Made by a program: the position numbers and the translations under genes. The notes under the pieces were generated by a model. The model saw only the letters and a list, made by a program, of their open reading frames with translations. It did no database searches and was not told the origin of the DNA. Of a DNA stretch of 64,000 bases, positions 1-9,398 are shown one piece after another (the first letter of the stretch is position 1; each line of letters starts with the position of its first letter). This DNA is from Candidatus Spongiisociaceae bacterium (GTDB lineage Bacteria > Actinomycetota > Acidimicrobiia > Spongiisociales > Spongiisociaceae): assembly GCA_965262915.1 (NCBI GenBank), contig OZ253564.1, positions 1,952,001 through 2,016,000 of the forward strand, read 5' to 3'.

Positions 1-70
1 TCTGAGTAATGCGGGCCCGTTGTTAACCTCAGCCTTCCGCACGCCTCCCAGTTCATAGCATTGGAACGTC

Positions 71-772
71 ATGATCCGGCTCCATAAGGTCTCCAAGGTC
101 TACGACGGTGGCATCGTCGCGGTGCGTGACATCGAGATGGACATCAGGAAAGGCGAGTTCGTGTTCCTGGTCGGGCCTTCCGGCTCGGGTAAGTCCACGT
201 TGATACGGATGTGCCTGCGCGAGGAGAAGGTGACCAGGGGCAGGATCTGGGTAGCGGGTAAGGATATCACCAGGATGCCGTCGTGGAGGGTGCCGTACCT
301 GCGCCGCACCGTGGGCACCGTGTTCCAGGACTTCAAGCTGCTGCCCAACAAGACCGTGGCCGAGAACGTGGCCTTCGCCATGAAGGTTACCGGACGTCCG
401 CGCTCCATCGTCCGCCGCCAGGTGCCCCAGATCCTGGAGTTGGTGGGCCTCTCCGCCAAGGCCGATCGCTATCCCCGGCAGCTGTCGGGAGGCGAGCAGC
501 AGCGGGTGTCGATCGCACGGGCCTTCGTCAACCGGCCCATGATCCTGCTGGCCGACGAGCCCACCGGCAACCTCGACCCGGCCACCTCGGTGGGCATCAT
601 GCGCCTCCTCGACCGTATCAACCGGACCGGAACGACGGTGATGATGGCCACTCACGATCATGCCATCGTGGATGCCATGCGCCGGCGGGTCGTGCAACTC
701 GACCGCGGCCGGGTGGTGCGGGACCAACCCGGATCCGGTTACGAATCGGGCCGTGAACTGATGGAGCCCTAG
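71..772 (+). CDS. ftsE: Cell division ATP-binding protein FtsE
   Basis: Walker A GPSGSGKST, LSGGEQQRV signature, LLADEPTGNLD; upstream of ftsX and smpB as in Actinobacteria. Confidence 0.95.
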   Translation: MIRLHKVSKVYDGGIVAVRDIEMDIRKGEFVFLVGPSGSGKSTLIRMCLREEKVTRGRIWVAGKDITRMPSWRVPYLRRTVGTVFQDFKLLPNKTVAENVAFAMKVTGRPRSIVRRQVPQILELVGLSAKADRYPRQLSGGEQQRVSIARAFVNRPMILLADEPTGNLDPATSVGIMRLLDRINRTGTTVMMATHDHAIVDAMRRRVVQLDRGRVVRDQPGSGYESGRELMEP

Positions 773-894
773 TGGTTAGTAGATGCACCCCTGCGGGTAA
801 GCCTTCGCGGGAGGGCCTCGGAGGGATCGGTGTCAACGGCGAATACGACGCTGCATCTTCCCGAGGGGTCGCTGCTAGTGAATCCCCGTAGCGC

Positions 895-1767
895 ATGAGC
901 ATCATCCTCTACCTGGTCAGCGAGGCTTTCATCAACCTGCGTCGCAACGTCCTGGTGGCGATGGGCGCGGTCCTGGCGGTGTTCGTCTCGCTGGCTCTGT
1001 CATTCGGCGCGCTGGTGTTCAACGAGCTGGTCCGGATCAATACGTTGCAGTGGCAGGAGGGGGATCACCTGATCGTCTTCCTCAAGGATGAAGGTGGGAC
1101 GGCGGCCCACCACGAACTCCTGAGACAGGTCAGTGAGTACGAAGAGGTGGAGAGGGCCTGGTATCTGGACAAGGCGGGCGCCTACCAGGAGTTCCAGGAG
1201 ATGTACAGTGACCAGCCGGCCCTGGCCGCCACCGTCACGGCCGCGGACCTTCCGGCATCCATACGGGTGGAACTGAAGGACATCTCCGCCTACCAGGAGG
1301 TGCAGTTCCGCCTCGTAGGCGATCCGCTGCTGCGGCGACTCTCCGTATTCAGCGAAGGCATCGAGCGGCTCATGAGCCTGACTCAGGTCCTCAACTCGAT
1401 CGGTATCGGTCTCGTGGCTGTCCTGGGGGCGGCCGCCGTGGTGCTGATCGCCAACACCATCCGGATGGCTATCTACGCCCGGCGGGAGGAGATAGCCATC
1501 ATGAAGCTGGTCGGGGCGGGGAACTGGTTCATCCGGGTGCCGTTCATCCTGGAAGGCGCCACCGTCGGCTTGTTGGGGGGCGCCCTGGCGGTGGCGGCGG
1601 TGTTCGCCAGCCACCAGTTGCTGGGGCGGATTCCCACCGACATCCTCATCCGTTTCCAAGTCGAATCGGACTTCCTATTCGGGCGCGGCATCATGATCCT
1701 TTCGTTCGGGGGTCTGGCAGGATTCTTGGGGAGCAGCCTCGGTCTGAGACGGTTCCTGAGGGTGTGA
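895..1767 (+). CDS. ftsX: Cell division permease FtsX
   Basis: Four hydrophobic segments and NTIRMAIYARREEIAIMKLVGA motif; follows ftsE. Confidence 0.93.
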   Translation: MSIILYLVSEAFINLRRNVLVAMGAVLAVFVSLALSFGALVFNELVRINTLQWQEGDHLIVFLKDEGGTAAHHELLRQVSEYEEVERAWYLDKAGAYQEFQEMYSDQPALAATVTAADLPASIRVELKDISAYQEVQFRLVGDPLLRRLSVFSEGIERLMSLTQVLNSIGIGLVAVLGAAAVVLIANTIRMAIYARREEIAIMKLVGAGNWFIRVPFILEGATVGLLGGALAVAAVFASHQLLGRIPTDILIRFQVESDFLFGRGIMILSFGGLAGFLGSSLGLRRFLRV

Positions 1768-1770
1768 CCG

Positions 1771-2976
1771 GTGCGCCGACGGGTGCTGGTCGGATGTCTG
1801 GCGGGACTCCTGCTGGCACTCGCCGCCATGACTGCTCCGGTGGTGGAAGCCCAGGATGAGGAGCAGAGGCTGGAAGATGTGGAGCGGCAGATCCAGGATT
1901 TCCGCAGTCGGATCGAGGCCGCCCGATCGGAACGCACCGCCTATGCGGAGGCTATCGAAGTGGCGCAGGCTCGGCTCGGCCAGCTGGCTGCCACCCTCTC
2001 GGAGGCCGAAGCGGCTCTGATGGCAGCCGAGTCCGTGGTGCGGGCCGGAGAGGACGCAGTGGCCGAACTGGATCGTAGGATCCGGCTGCTCGACGCTGAA
2101 CTCGGCGGGACGAGGCTGGAGCAACGCCTGACCCGTGACATGATCCGTGACCGGGCCGTGGAGTTGTACATGAACGCTTCGTCGGGCGTCTATACCGCCT
2201 TCTTCGGCACCGAGGATGTCGAGGCGGCCTCGATCAAGCTCGAATACACCCGGGGCCTCCTGGAGGACACTGAGATCTTGCTGGCCTCCCTACAGGTGTT
2301 GGAGCGGCAGGAGATCACCCGCCAGGATCGGTTGTGGGAGGAGCAGGACCGCGAGGCGGTGGTGCTGCAGCAACTGGAAGCCGAACTGGTCCGGGCCGAG
2401 GAGCACCGGACGGCGGTTGAAGCCGCCCGGGAGGATGTTCGGCGGGAGGTCTCCCTCCAGGAGTCCCTGCTGGCCGAGGTCACCGCCGAGATCGCGCAAC
2501 ACGAGGATCATGTGGTGGCCCTTGAGGCCGAATCCAAGCAGCTCGAGTTGGAGATCCTGCGGCGGCAGGTCAGGGAGGGACGGGCGCCTGGGCGGCTGGC
2601 CTGGCCGGTGGGTGGGGAGATCACGTCTCCGTTCGGGTGGCGTATCCATCCGATCCTGGGTGGTCGGCGGATGCACAACGGTATCGACATGGGCTCCTGG
2701 TCGGGAGAACCGATCCACGCCGCCGGCAACGGGACGGTCATCCTCGCCGAGCGATGGGGAGGTTACGGCCGGACGGTGGTCATCGACCACGGGGGTAGGG
2801 TGGCCACCCTGTACGGTCACCAGTCGTCGATCGCCGTGTCGGTGGGCGATGAGGTGCTTGCCGGTGACGTCATCGGGTATGTAGGGTGCTCCGGCTATTG
2901 CACCGGTCCGCACCTCCACTTCGAGGTTCGGGAGGTGGGCGCGCCTGTGGATCCTATGCTCTACCTGCCCCGGTAA
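1771..2976 (+). CDS. Coiled-coil M23 family peptidase (EnvC-like FtsEX partner)
   Basis: Signal peptide, long coiled coil, C-terminal HNGID and GPHLHFE M23 motifs. Confidence 0.9.
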   Translation: MRRRVLVGCLAGLLLALAAMTAPVVEAQDEEQRLEDVERQIQDFRSRIEAARSERTAYAEAIEVAQARLGQLAATLSEAEAALMAAESVVRAGEDAVAELDRRIRLLDAELGGTRLEQRLTRDMIRDRAVELYMNASSGVYTAFFGTEDVEAASIKLEYTRGLLEDTEILLASLQVLERQEITRQDRLWEEQDREAVVLQQLEAELVRAEEHRTAVEAAREDVRREVSLQESLLAEVTAEIAQHEDHVVALEAESKQLELEILRRQVREGRAPGRLAWPVGGEITSPFGWRIHPILGGRRMHNGIDMGSWSGEPIHAAGNGTVILAERWGGYGRTVVIDHGGRVATLYGHQSSIAVSVGDEVLAGDVIGYVGCSGYCTGPHLHFEVREVGAPVDPMLYLPR

Positions 2977-3000
2977 CCGAAGCATGAACGGGAAGGGCCG

Positions 3001-3480
3001 ATGAGCGGGAAGAAGCTGAACAGGGCCGCCATAGCCACGAACCGGCGCGCCCGGTACGACTACGTCTTCGAGGACGAGTACGAGGCGGGGATAGTCCTGA
3101 CCGGCTCGGAGGTGAAAAGTCTGAGGGCGGGCCAAGCGCAGCTCAAGGAGGCCTACGGTCTGGTCAGGGAGGGGGAGGTGTGGCTGGTCGGCGTGCATAT
3201 CGCCCCCTACAGGATGGCTCGGCACGGTGGCCACGAGCCCACCCGGGACCGGAAGCTGTTGCTGCACGCCGGCGAGATTGCCCGTATCTCCCGGCGGGTT
3301 CATGAGCGGGGCCGCACCCTGGTTCCGATCCGGATGTACTGGAAGGGTGGTCGTGCGAAGGTACTCCTGGGACTCGGCCGCGGCGCCCGCAAGTACGACA
3401 AGCGTCAGAAGATCAGGACCCGCGAGATGCGGAGGGAAGCCGAACAAGCCATCTCCGGCAAGGGCCGCCGTCCTCGCTGA
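3001..3480 (+). CDS. smpB: SsrA-binding protein SmpB
   Basis: NRRARYDY, EAGIVLTGSEVKSLR, RKLLLH and YDKR motifs; adjacent to tmRNA. Confidence 0.97.
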   Translation: MSGKKLNRAAIATNRRARYDYVFEDEYEAGIVLTGSEVKSLRAGQAQLKEAYGLVREGEVWLVGVHIAPYRMARHGGHEPTRDRKLLLHAGEIARISRRVHERGRTLVPIRMYWKGGRAKVLLGLGRGARKYDKRQKIRTREMRREAEQAISGKGRRPR

Positions 3481-3540
3481 CGCCCACGGTCGGCTGTGTG
3501 TGGTTGTATCGAGCGTGGCCGCGGTGTCCCCGTGTTGCGG

Positions 3541-3546
3541 TACACT
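3541..3546 (+). promoter_or_regulatory. Likely -10 box of ssrA promoter
   Basis: TACACT hexamer 15 nt upstream of the mature tmRNA 5' end. Confidence 0.5.
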
Positions 3547-3561
3547 TGGGGCCAGCCCTAT

Positions 3562-3915
3562 GGGGGTGAACTGGTTTCGACGTCGATAGTCGAGGTGTCG
3601 GAAGCGAGCCGAGGTCGCCGGAGTCCTCGTTAAATAGCCGGTAACAACCATAAGTGCCAGACCAAACCTTGCACTGGCTGCCTAGATAGACAGCCCGTCC
3701 GCCCGGGGGGTTCCTGCCCCGTCGGTGCCGGGCGTCGCTTAGCAGGATGGATCTCCGGGGTTCCCGGACCGGAGTATCGAGACTGATTCGGGATTAGGGC
3801 GGCCGGTCGCTCGCCGATGGAGTCCGGTCTCCCGAATGCTCGCCGTCGGCTGCGCTCGGAGATGCCGGCGCTGAGGTATCGACGGACCGGGGTTCGATTC
3901 CCCGCACCTCCACCA
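3562..3915 (+). ncRNA. ssrA: tmRNA; tag (A)ARPNLALAA encoded at 3656-3685
   Basis: 5' GGGGGTG pairs with 3' CACCTCC-A-CCA with a G3.U wobble; T-arm GGTTCGATTCC; ATAAGT-GCC resume context and LALAA-stop. Confidence 0.96.
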
Positions 3916-3943
3916 GTGACCTGCGGATATACTCCCAGGTCAC
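3916..3943. repeat. Inverted repeat directly after ssrA (terminator or att-adjacent hairpin)
   Basis: GTGACCTG (3916-3923) / CAGGTCAC (3936-3943). Confidence 0.55.
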
Positions 3944-4204
3944 AGGTTATTTGGAGGTTTGACTTATCATTTTGAGTATCGTCCGTCATACGCGTCTTGA
4001 TGAAGGCAGGCGCAGGCATCGTGAATGCGAATCGGCTGTTCGTAATCGTGCCAACAGCGCGACGGCGGATATTCTCTGGGAGCCATTGGCGACACGAAGG
4101 ACAGGTCAGGGCCGAAGACGGCCTTGGTCGGGTAGATACACCCCGACATCCGAAACCGGGTAACCATCACACTCTCCGGAAAGGCGGGGGTGCCTCTGTG
4201 TATG

Positions 4205-5264
4205 TCAAGCCGCCTTTGGATGGGGTCTGTTGACGTGGTGTCGGTGTCGTTCGTCGGCGAGCCTGATCCGCTAAACGCGCGATGCGATTTTGCGTTTGAG
4301 GCAGCGCATCGCTGCTTTGTGGGTCTTCCCTTCGTTGATCTTGCGGTCGCAGTATCGGCGGCCGGTGCTGTTGTGCATGCGGACCCGGGTGACAGCGATG
4401 AGATGCAGCGCCGAGGTCAGTTTCCGGTCACCGCTGCGTAACAGCCGGTGGACGGCCCGCTCGCCGGTGGAGACCTCTACGGGTGCGACACCGGCATAGC
4501 TAGCGAACGCGTCGGCGTTGGGGAACCCACAAGCCCCGGCCGCAGCGGCCTATGAGACGAACTGCCAGCACCGGCCCGATACCGTCAACGTCGAGCAGCC
4601 TGCTGGGGTAGTCGTGGAGCGCTTGGGTCATCTGCGCGGTTATCCCTTCCAGCCGGGTGTCAATACCTCGGATCTCGCGTACCAGGTCCCACCCGAGCGC
4701 CTTGCGGGTTGCTTCTGGTGGTGTCTTGGGACGGACTTTGCGTAGAGTATCCCCGCTGTGTTGGCCTTGAGCGCTTTGGGTGCGCCGCCCGGGATCAGGT
4801 CTCCGACACAGGGCGTGGGGCTGGTTTACGGACCGGACCCGCTGAGCCGCCAGGTTCGCCCGTCGCTTCTCCAACAGGGCGAACACCACAGTCTCGTCCT
4901 CCGCGACGACTACCGACGCGTCGCCTTGAAGCGCTGGAACATGGGCTGCCGCCGCAGCGGCGTCGATCACATCGTTCTTGCGTCGTCCGCCGCGGGACAG
5001 TTCACGCACCCGGGCGGTCGCGGCAGTCGACGCGTCGAGCACGGTCTCGTCTTGGGCGACCAGCCACTGCGCGAGATGACAGCCCAGGCCTTGGGCGTTT
5101 TCTACCGCCCAGCGTCGCTCACCGAACTGCCGTGCCCAGCGCAGCAACTGCCGATAACCGGCGACGCTGGCATCGACCCGCAACGACCCCACCGCCGTGT
5201 TCGTCGATGCGTCAACCGCCGTGGCGGTGTGGTTGGTCTTATGCGGATCAACCCCGATAATCAT
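4205..5264 (-). pseudogene. IS110 DEDD transposase/recombinase, frameshifted with premature stop
   Basis: MIIGVDPHK, WAVENAQG, KNDVIDA, then in another frame AGVAPVEVSTG...HRL...CLKRKIA; TAG at 4271-4273. Confidence 0.85.
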
Positions 5265-5289
5265 GCTCTTCCTTGGTCTCAGAGGAATG

Positions 5290-5480
5290 GGACACCGTGG
5301 TCGGCATGCCGACATCGAGACCCACTACGGGGGAATCGCGCCTCTGTTGAGCCAGACCGCAGCCGGCCGTCAACTGGGAGGCCCACCCCGGGAGAGCCAA
5401 CCAAAAGGTGGTAGGCGATTCACGAGCCAACCCAGCCAAGGACCTACCAGACGCTACGACCCCACAGCCACAGCGACCAG
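5290..5480 (-). ncRNA. Putative bridge RNA of IS110 element 1 (boundaries approximate)
   Basis: Guide-like matches: 5414-5423 = flank 5498-5507; 5340-5347 = right end 4192-4199; 5308-5313 = reverse complement of 5495-5500. Confidence 0.65.
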
Positions 5481-5754
5481 CCCACACATACAAAGTCGGC
5501 GATTCACTCCCGAGTTGATTCCACTCCCTCCGCAGAGATTCGACAGTTCTACCCGTTGGGTCGCCTCTTACGAAAGTCAGTTATCACTTCCAGTGAAACC
5601 GGTCAATCCTGGTTGGTCGATGGGGTGATCGCGTGGGCGTCAGGTGATAAGGCCGGGTGCTATGAATACAGGGAGCGCTCCGTGTTTCCCAGACGGCGGA
5701 ATCTGGCACTGGTGGAACGGTTGTGGTCGTCCCCGAACTCGCCGAGCGCCCGGC

Positions 5755-5935
5755 AGCCCGGGCCCCTACCCTGATCCCAGCCGCTTGGGGACTGTCACCC
5801 GCAACCCGACGATGGTTGTGACGGTCGGTACGTACGAGATCAGCCAGCAGCTTCGATCCGAGCGGGCTGGTCTTGCTCATCCCAGCCCGCGACGGTCCCG
5901 GTAGCGGAACACGGGACCTATGGGGTGCACGATTG
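5755..5935 (-). pseudogene. Internal fragment of a different IS110 transposase
   Basis: RYRDRR...KLLADLVRTDRHNHRRVAGDSP closely resembles actinobacterial IS110 transposases. Confidence 0.65.
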
Positions 5936-6132
5936 GAGGCTGTGCCCTGGATACTCGGGACGTGAGCGTCGTCGGGTGTCGTGCAGTTCGTCTGCAGATC
6001 CGTTCGCCATCACCACCCGGTGACGCAGCCGGGGTACCGGGTTCTCGCGCCTGCCCGTGGCGCGATTTTGCCGAGTAAGCTCTGGGGTATCTAATATTGA
6101 TCGTTGGCTCGCCGAGCCTGGAGACGGGCCGA

Positions 6133-6567
6133 ATGTTCAGAACTGGCTTTGAAGACATACAGGTCGGAGACCTCCAGATGTCGTTGGGGCGGACGATTGA
6201 TTCGGCCGACCTTTTGGCCTACTCGATGCTCTCCGGCGATTGGGCTGCGCACCACATCGACGCCGAATACACCGCACGCACCCGGTTCCGGGGGCGCATC
6301 GCCCATGGAACTATCCCGCTCGCCGCCGTCTTCGGTCTTCTCCGCCTGCCACCCGACTCGACCTGGAAGCTCATCTATGGGTTGCGGAGCGTACGTTGGA
6401 TTGCGCCTGTTTGCATCGACGACACGATTCGCGGGAGGCTCGAGGTCAAAGGCAAGCACGATAGCAAGGGACCAACCGGAACGCTGGAACTGGTCCTTAC
6501 GGTCTTGAATCAACGGGATGTGGAAGTGATGGTGGCACCGCTCAAATCAGAGGTCGCTCGTGGCTGA
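6133..6567 (+). CDS. MaoC-family (hotdog) dehydratase
   Basis: FEDIQVGD, SGDWAAHHID, RIAHG and APVCIDDTI motifs. Confidence 0.85.
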   Translation: MFRTGFEDIQVGDLQMSLGRTIDSADLLAYSMLSGDWAAHHIDAEYTARTRFRGRIAHGTIPLAAVFGLLRLPPDSTWKLIYGLRSVRWIAPVCIDDTIRGRLEVKGKHDSKGPTGTLELVLTVLNQRDVEVMVAPLKSEVARG

Positions 6568-6606
6568 CCAAGCCCTGGCGCGCAGAGCAGGCCTGGGGTT
6601 TGCATC

Positions 6607-7089
6607 GTGGTGAGCAGATTCTTCGATGAGTCGAAGGTCGGAGATGTCAACTACTCGCGAGAACGGGTTATCTCCGAGGGCGACGTACAGAGGTTTTGTG
6701 GATTCAGCGGCGACTGGTTCGGCTCTTGGAGCTTCGCCCACATGGATCGGGACACGGGACTCGATCAAGAGTTCGAGCGAGACCAACTGCATGGAACGGC
6801 CATCATCGGTTTGAGCTACGGGCTGCAGTATCTCGAGAACCCCAACGTCATCGTCGCCGCCTACGGGTACGACGACATCGAGCACTTACGTCCGTTGTGG
6901 ATCGGTGACTCCATTCGCTACGAGTTCGAAGTCATCGCAAAAGAAGACCGCGGTGATGGCACCGGCACGTTGAGCACCGAGACGCGTATCTTCAATCAGC
7001 ACGACGAACTCGTCCTCCGATTTACGACACGCTCGCGAACCCGGACAAGGGAGAATTGGGAAGCGATCGAGCGTCGCGGCCTCGAGTGA
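6607..7089 (+). CDS. MaoC-family dehydratase
   Basis: FFDESKVGD, FSGDW...HMD, LHG, RPLWIGDSI and NQHDELV motifs. Confidence 0.8.
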   Translation: MVSRFFDESKVGDVNYSRERVISEGDVQRFCGFSGDWFGSWSFAHMDRDTGLDQEFERDQLHGTAIIGLSYGLQYLENPNVIVAAYGYDDIEHLRPLWIGDSIRYEFEVIAKEDRGDGTGTLSTETRIFNQHDELVLRFTTRSRTRTRENWEAIERRGLE

Positions 7090-7094
7090 GCAGG

Positions 7095-7767
7095 TTATTG
7101 GGAAGCCGGGGCGTCGTCCTCAGCCACAGTCCTGGTGAGCCCCTGGCGTGACGGACCAGTCTCGGGTCGCGCTCCTTGGAACCGCCAGGGGTCATCGATC
7201 GGCCCCGTGGTGGGAGGTGGCCGAACTCCATCGCGGACACGACCAGATCTCCTTGCCCTGCTTCGCGGTAACGGCACACTGCGGCGGGTTTGTCGGCGCG
7301 AGACGCTTTGGGCCACCACACCCGGTCATACCAAGTCTCGACTTCGGGCCATGCTTCCGGAGCCACGTGAAGGCTCTCGATGCGCACGGCCACCGGCGGA
7401 ACCGCCGTAGCCGGAGACGGAGTGCTGGACCGTGTCACCAGACCGACGAAGACCGTGAAGTAGTCGGCGATCACGCTCGGGGCAATGCGCTGCGTTCATG
7501 GCGACGGATTTCGCCGCTGCTGTTCGAAACCTGCAGACCGATATGTCCGGACGTCTTCTAACGCGTACCAGGCCAGATGCTTCGGCCCACCCTCCACAGC
7601 CTCGAAGCGCGCCGCCCACAACACGCCTGGTATCGCCGCCAGATCCGGCAGATGCTCCTGGTTGTGAATTCGGCCTCATGGACCTGAGGCATGTCTGCCC
7701 ATACCAACAGAACCCCGCCCTTCGGCTCCCGCTCGTGCGATGCTCCGCCACTCACCTTGTCGTCCAT
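7095..7767 (-). pseudogene. Dimeric alpha/beta barrel (EthD/DUF4286-like) pseudogene
   Basis: VLLVWADMP..HEAEF, frameshift to QEHLPDLAAIPGVLWAARFEAVEGGPKHLAWY, in-frame TGA at 7496-7498, second repeat EVETWY. Confidence 0.55.
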
Positions 7768-7810
7768 GCCATCGCGCCGTCCGCTCTTTAGCCGGCTACC
7801 GATCTCTCGA

Positions 7811-8899
7811 TCAGCTCTCCGGCCCCGGTCGTATGACAGCCCTGATCGGACGGCCTGACTGTTTGGGGCCCATCATCTCGACGGCCTCGGAAACGCCCCC
7901 AAGGGGGAAGGTTCTTGACACCATCTCATGGAACGGGATCTCCTTGTGCTGCAGCAGACGCAGTGCAGTCCGGTACGAACCCGCGCCCTTTTCGAACACG
8001 CCGCGCAGTTCGATGTCGTTCCATACCAGTCGATCGAGGTTCACCGTCGATGACCTTCCGCTCAGGCCTGCCCAAATTAGGCGACCCTGGGGGGGTAATA
8101 AGCCGAGGTCGGCTTCGACCGCAGTTGCGTCGCCGGACGCATCGATCACCAGTTCCGGTCCGGGGTCGCCGACGAGGCGGCGGACTTTCGTCGGCTCCCC
8201 CTCGCCGGCGAGAAGCACCGCATCAGCCCCGAGTCGTTGTGCCAGCTTGTGGCGAGGTTCATCAGCATCACGCCCGATCAACACTACGGCGTCGGCTCCG
8301 GCGTGGCGGGCAACCGCCACACATGCCATCCCGTGGGCACCGTCACCGCGGACTACCACGGAAACGCCGGGACCTGCGCGTCCGACTTCAATCGTCCATG
8401 AGACGGCATTTGCTACTACCGACGCCAGGACCGCCGACTCAGGAGACACACTGTCGGGAATCCGATGGACAATCGAACCGGGCGCGAGGTACATCTCGTC
8501 GGCCATTGCACCCCAAAGGTGCGGCGGGACATCACACGATGTCGTCGTTCCGTAGCCCTTTCGGGCGGGGCAGTACTTGTAGATGCCCCTGCGGCACCAC
8601 GCGCAGCGGCCGCACGGAACCGTTGATTCGACGGCAACTCGATCTCCTGTCGTCACGTCCCACCGCTCTGCCGCGGCCGGTCCGATCCGCGCGATTCGCC
8701 CCACAATCTCATGTCCGAGGACCAGCGGAAGAGGAGCATCGATTTCGCCGTTGAAGAGGTGATAGTCGGTGCCGCAGACACCCGCTGACTCAACGGCAAG
8801 CACGGCGTCGTCGTCTCGTGGCCTTATCGCCTCGAACTGCCTTATCTCGACAGAGCCCGGCCTGGTAACCACCGCTGCTCGGACCACACAACCTCCCAT
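7811..8899 (-). CDS. Zinc-dependent medium-chain alcohol dehydrogenase
   Basis: GVCGTD, GHE and structural Zn site CGRCAWC-x7-C. Confidence 0.9.
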   Translation of the reverse strand: MGGCVVRAAVVTRPGSVEIRQFEAIRPRDDDAVLAVESAGVCGTDYHLFNGEIDAPLPLVLGHEIVGRIARIGPAAAERWDVTTGDRVAVESTVPCGRCAWCRRGIYKYCPARKGYGTTTSCDVPPHLWGAMADEMYLAPGSIVHRIPDSVSPESAVLASVVANAVSWTIEVGRAGPGVSVVVRGDGAHGMACVAVARHAGADAVVLIGRDADEPRHKLAQRLGADAVLLAGEGEPTKVRRLVGDPGPELVIDASGDATAVEADLGLLPPQGRLIWAGLSGRSSTVNLDRLVWNDIELRGVFEKGAGSYRTALRLLQHKEIPFHEMVSRTFPLGGVSEAVEMMGPKQSGRPIRAVIRPGPES

Positions 8900-9053
8900 G
8901 CGACTCCCAGCCGGTCAAGCATCAACACGGCCCGGTCCGGGGACCGATTCTCACCGGCGGCTCGCACCTTACGCTCAGAGACAGAACATACCCGGCGCCG
9001 TCATACAAGGCTGAGCGCAGGTACCGTGCCATCATCGACGTTAGGAGGTCGGA

Positions 9054-9398
9054 GTGCTCCAGACCACATCGGGGGAAGAGATTTCCGACGTAGTGGCCCA
9101 ATATTTCGCCGCGGTCATGGGGCGTGATCCTGATGGCCTGAGGAAGGTGTTCGCCGAAGATGCCGTTCTGCAGGATCCGATGGGCATCCGACGCGGTCCC
9201 ACCCAGATCGTGAGTGGGTTTGTGGATCGCTTCTTCGGATCGGAGGATTTTGTCCCTGAGCCGGGGCCACTGCTCATCGAGGGTGACCGCGTGGCGGTCG
9301 AGATCAGCTTGCGTCTCGGCGGCGAGGTCGTTCGCCTCGCCGACTTCTTCACCATCGCCGATGGCAAGATCACCCGGCTCGACATTTACCGGGGCTGA
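9054..9398 (+). CDS. SnoaL/NTF2-like protein
   Basis: 114 aa; FAEDAVLQDP...DFFTIADGKITRL pattern. Confidence 0.8.
   Translation: MLQTTSGEEISDVVAQYFAAVMGRDPDGLRKVFAEDAVLQDPMGIRRGPTQIVSGFVDRFFGSEDFVPEPGPLLIEGDRVAVEISLRLGGEVVRLADFFTIADGKITRLDIYRG

Larger units (their letters stand above)
4189..5499 (-). mobile_element. IS110-family element 1 (degenerate)
   Basis: Transposase remnant; TTGACA at right end (4203-4208); upstream non-coding end contains matches to its own termini and flank. Confidence 0.8.

Noticed and set aside
7496-7498. In-frame TGA as selenocysteine or recoding
   Set aside because: Context suggests a TGG-to-TGA change and the gene also has a frameshift, so it is treated as a pseudogene
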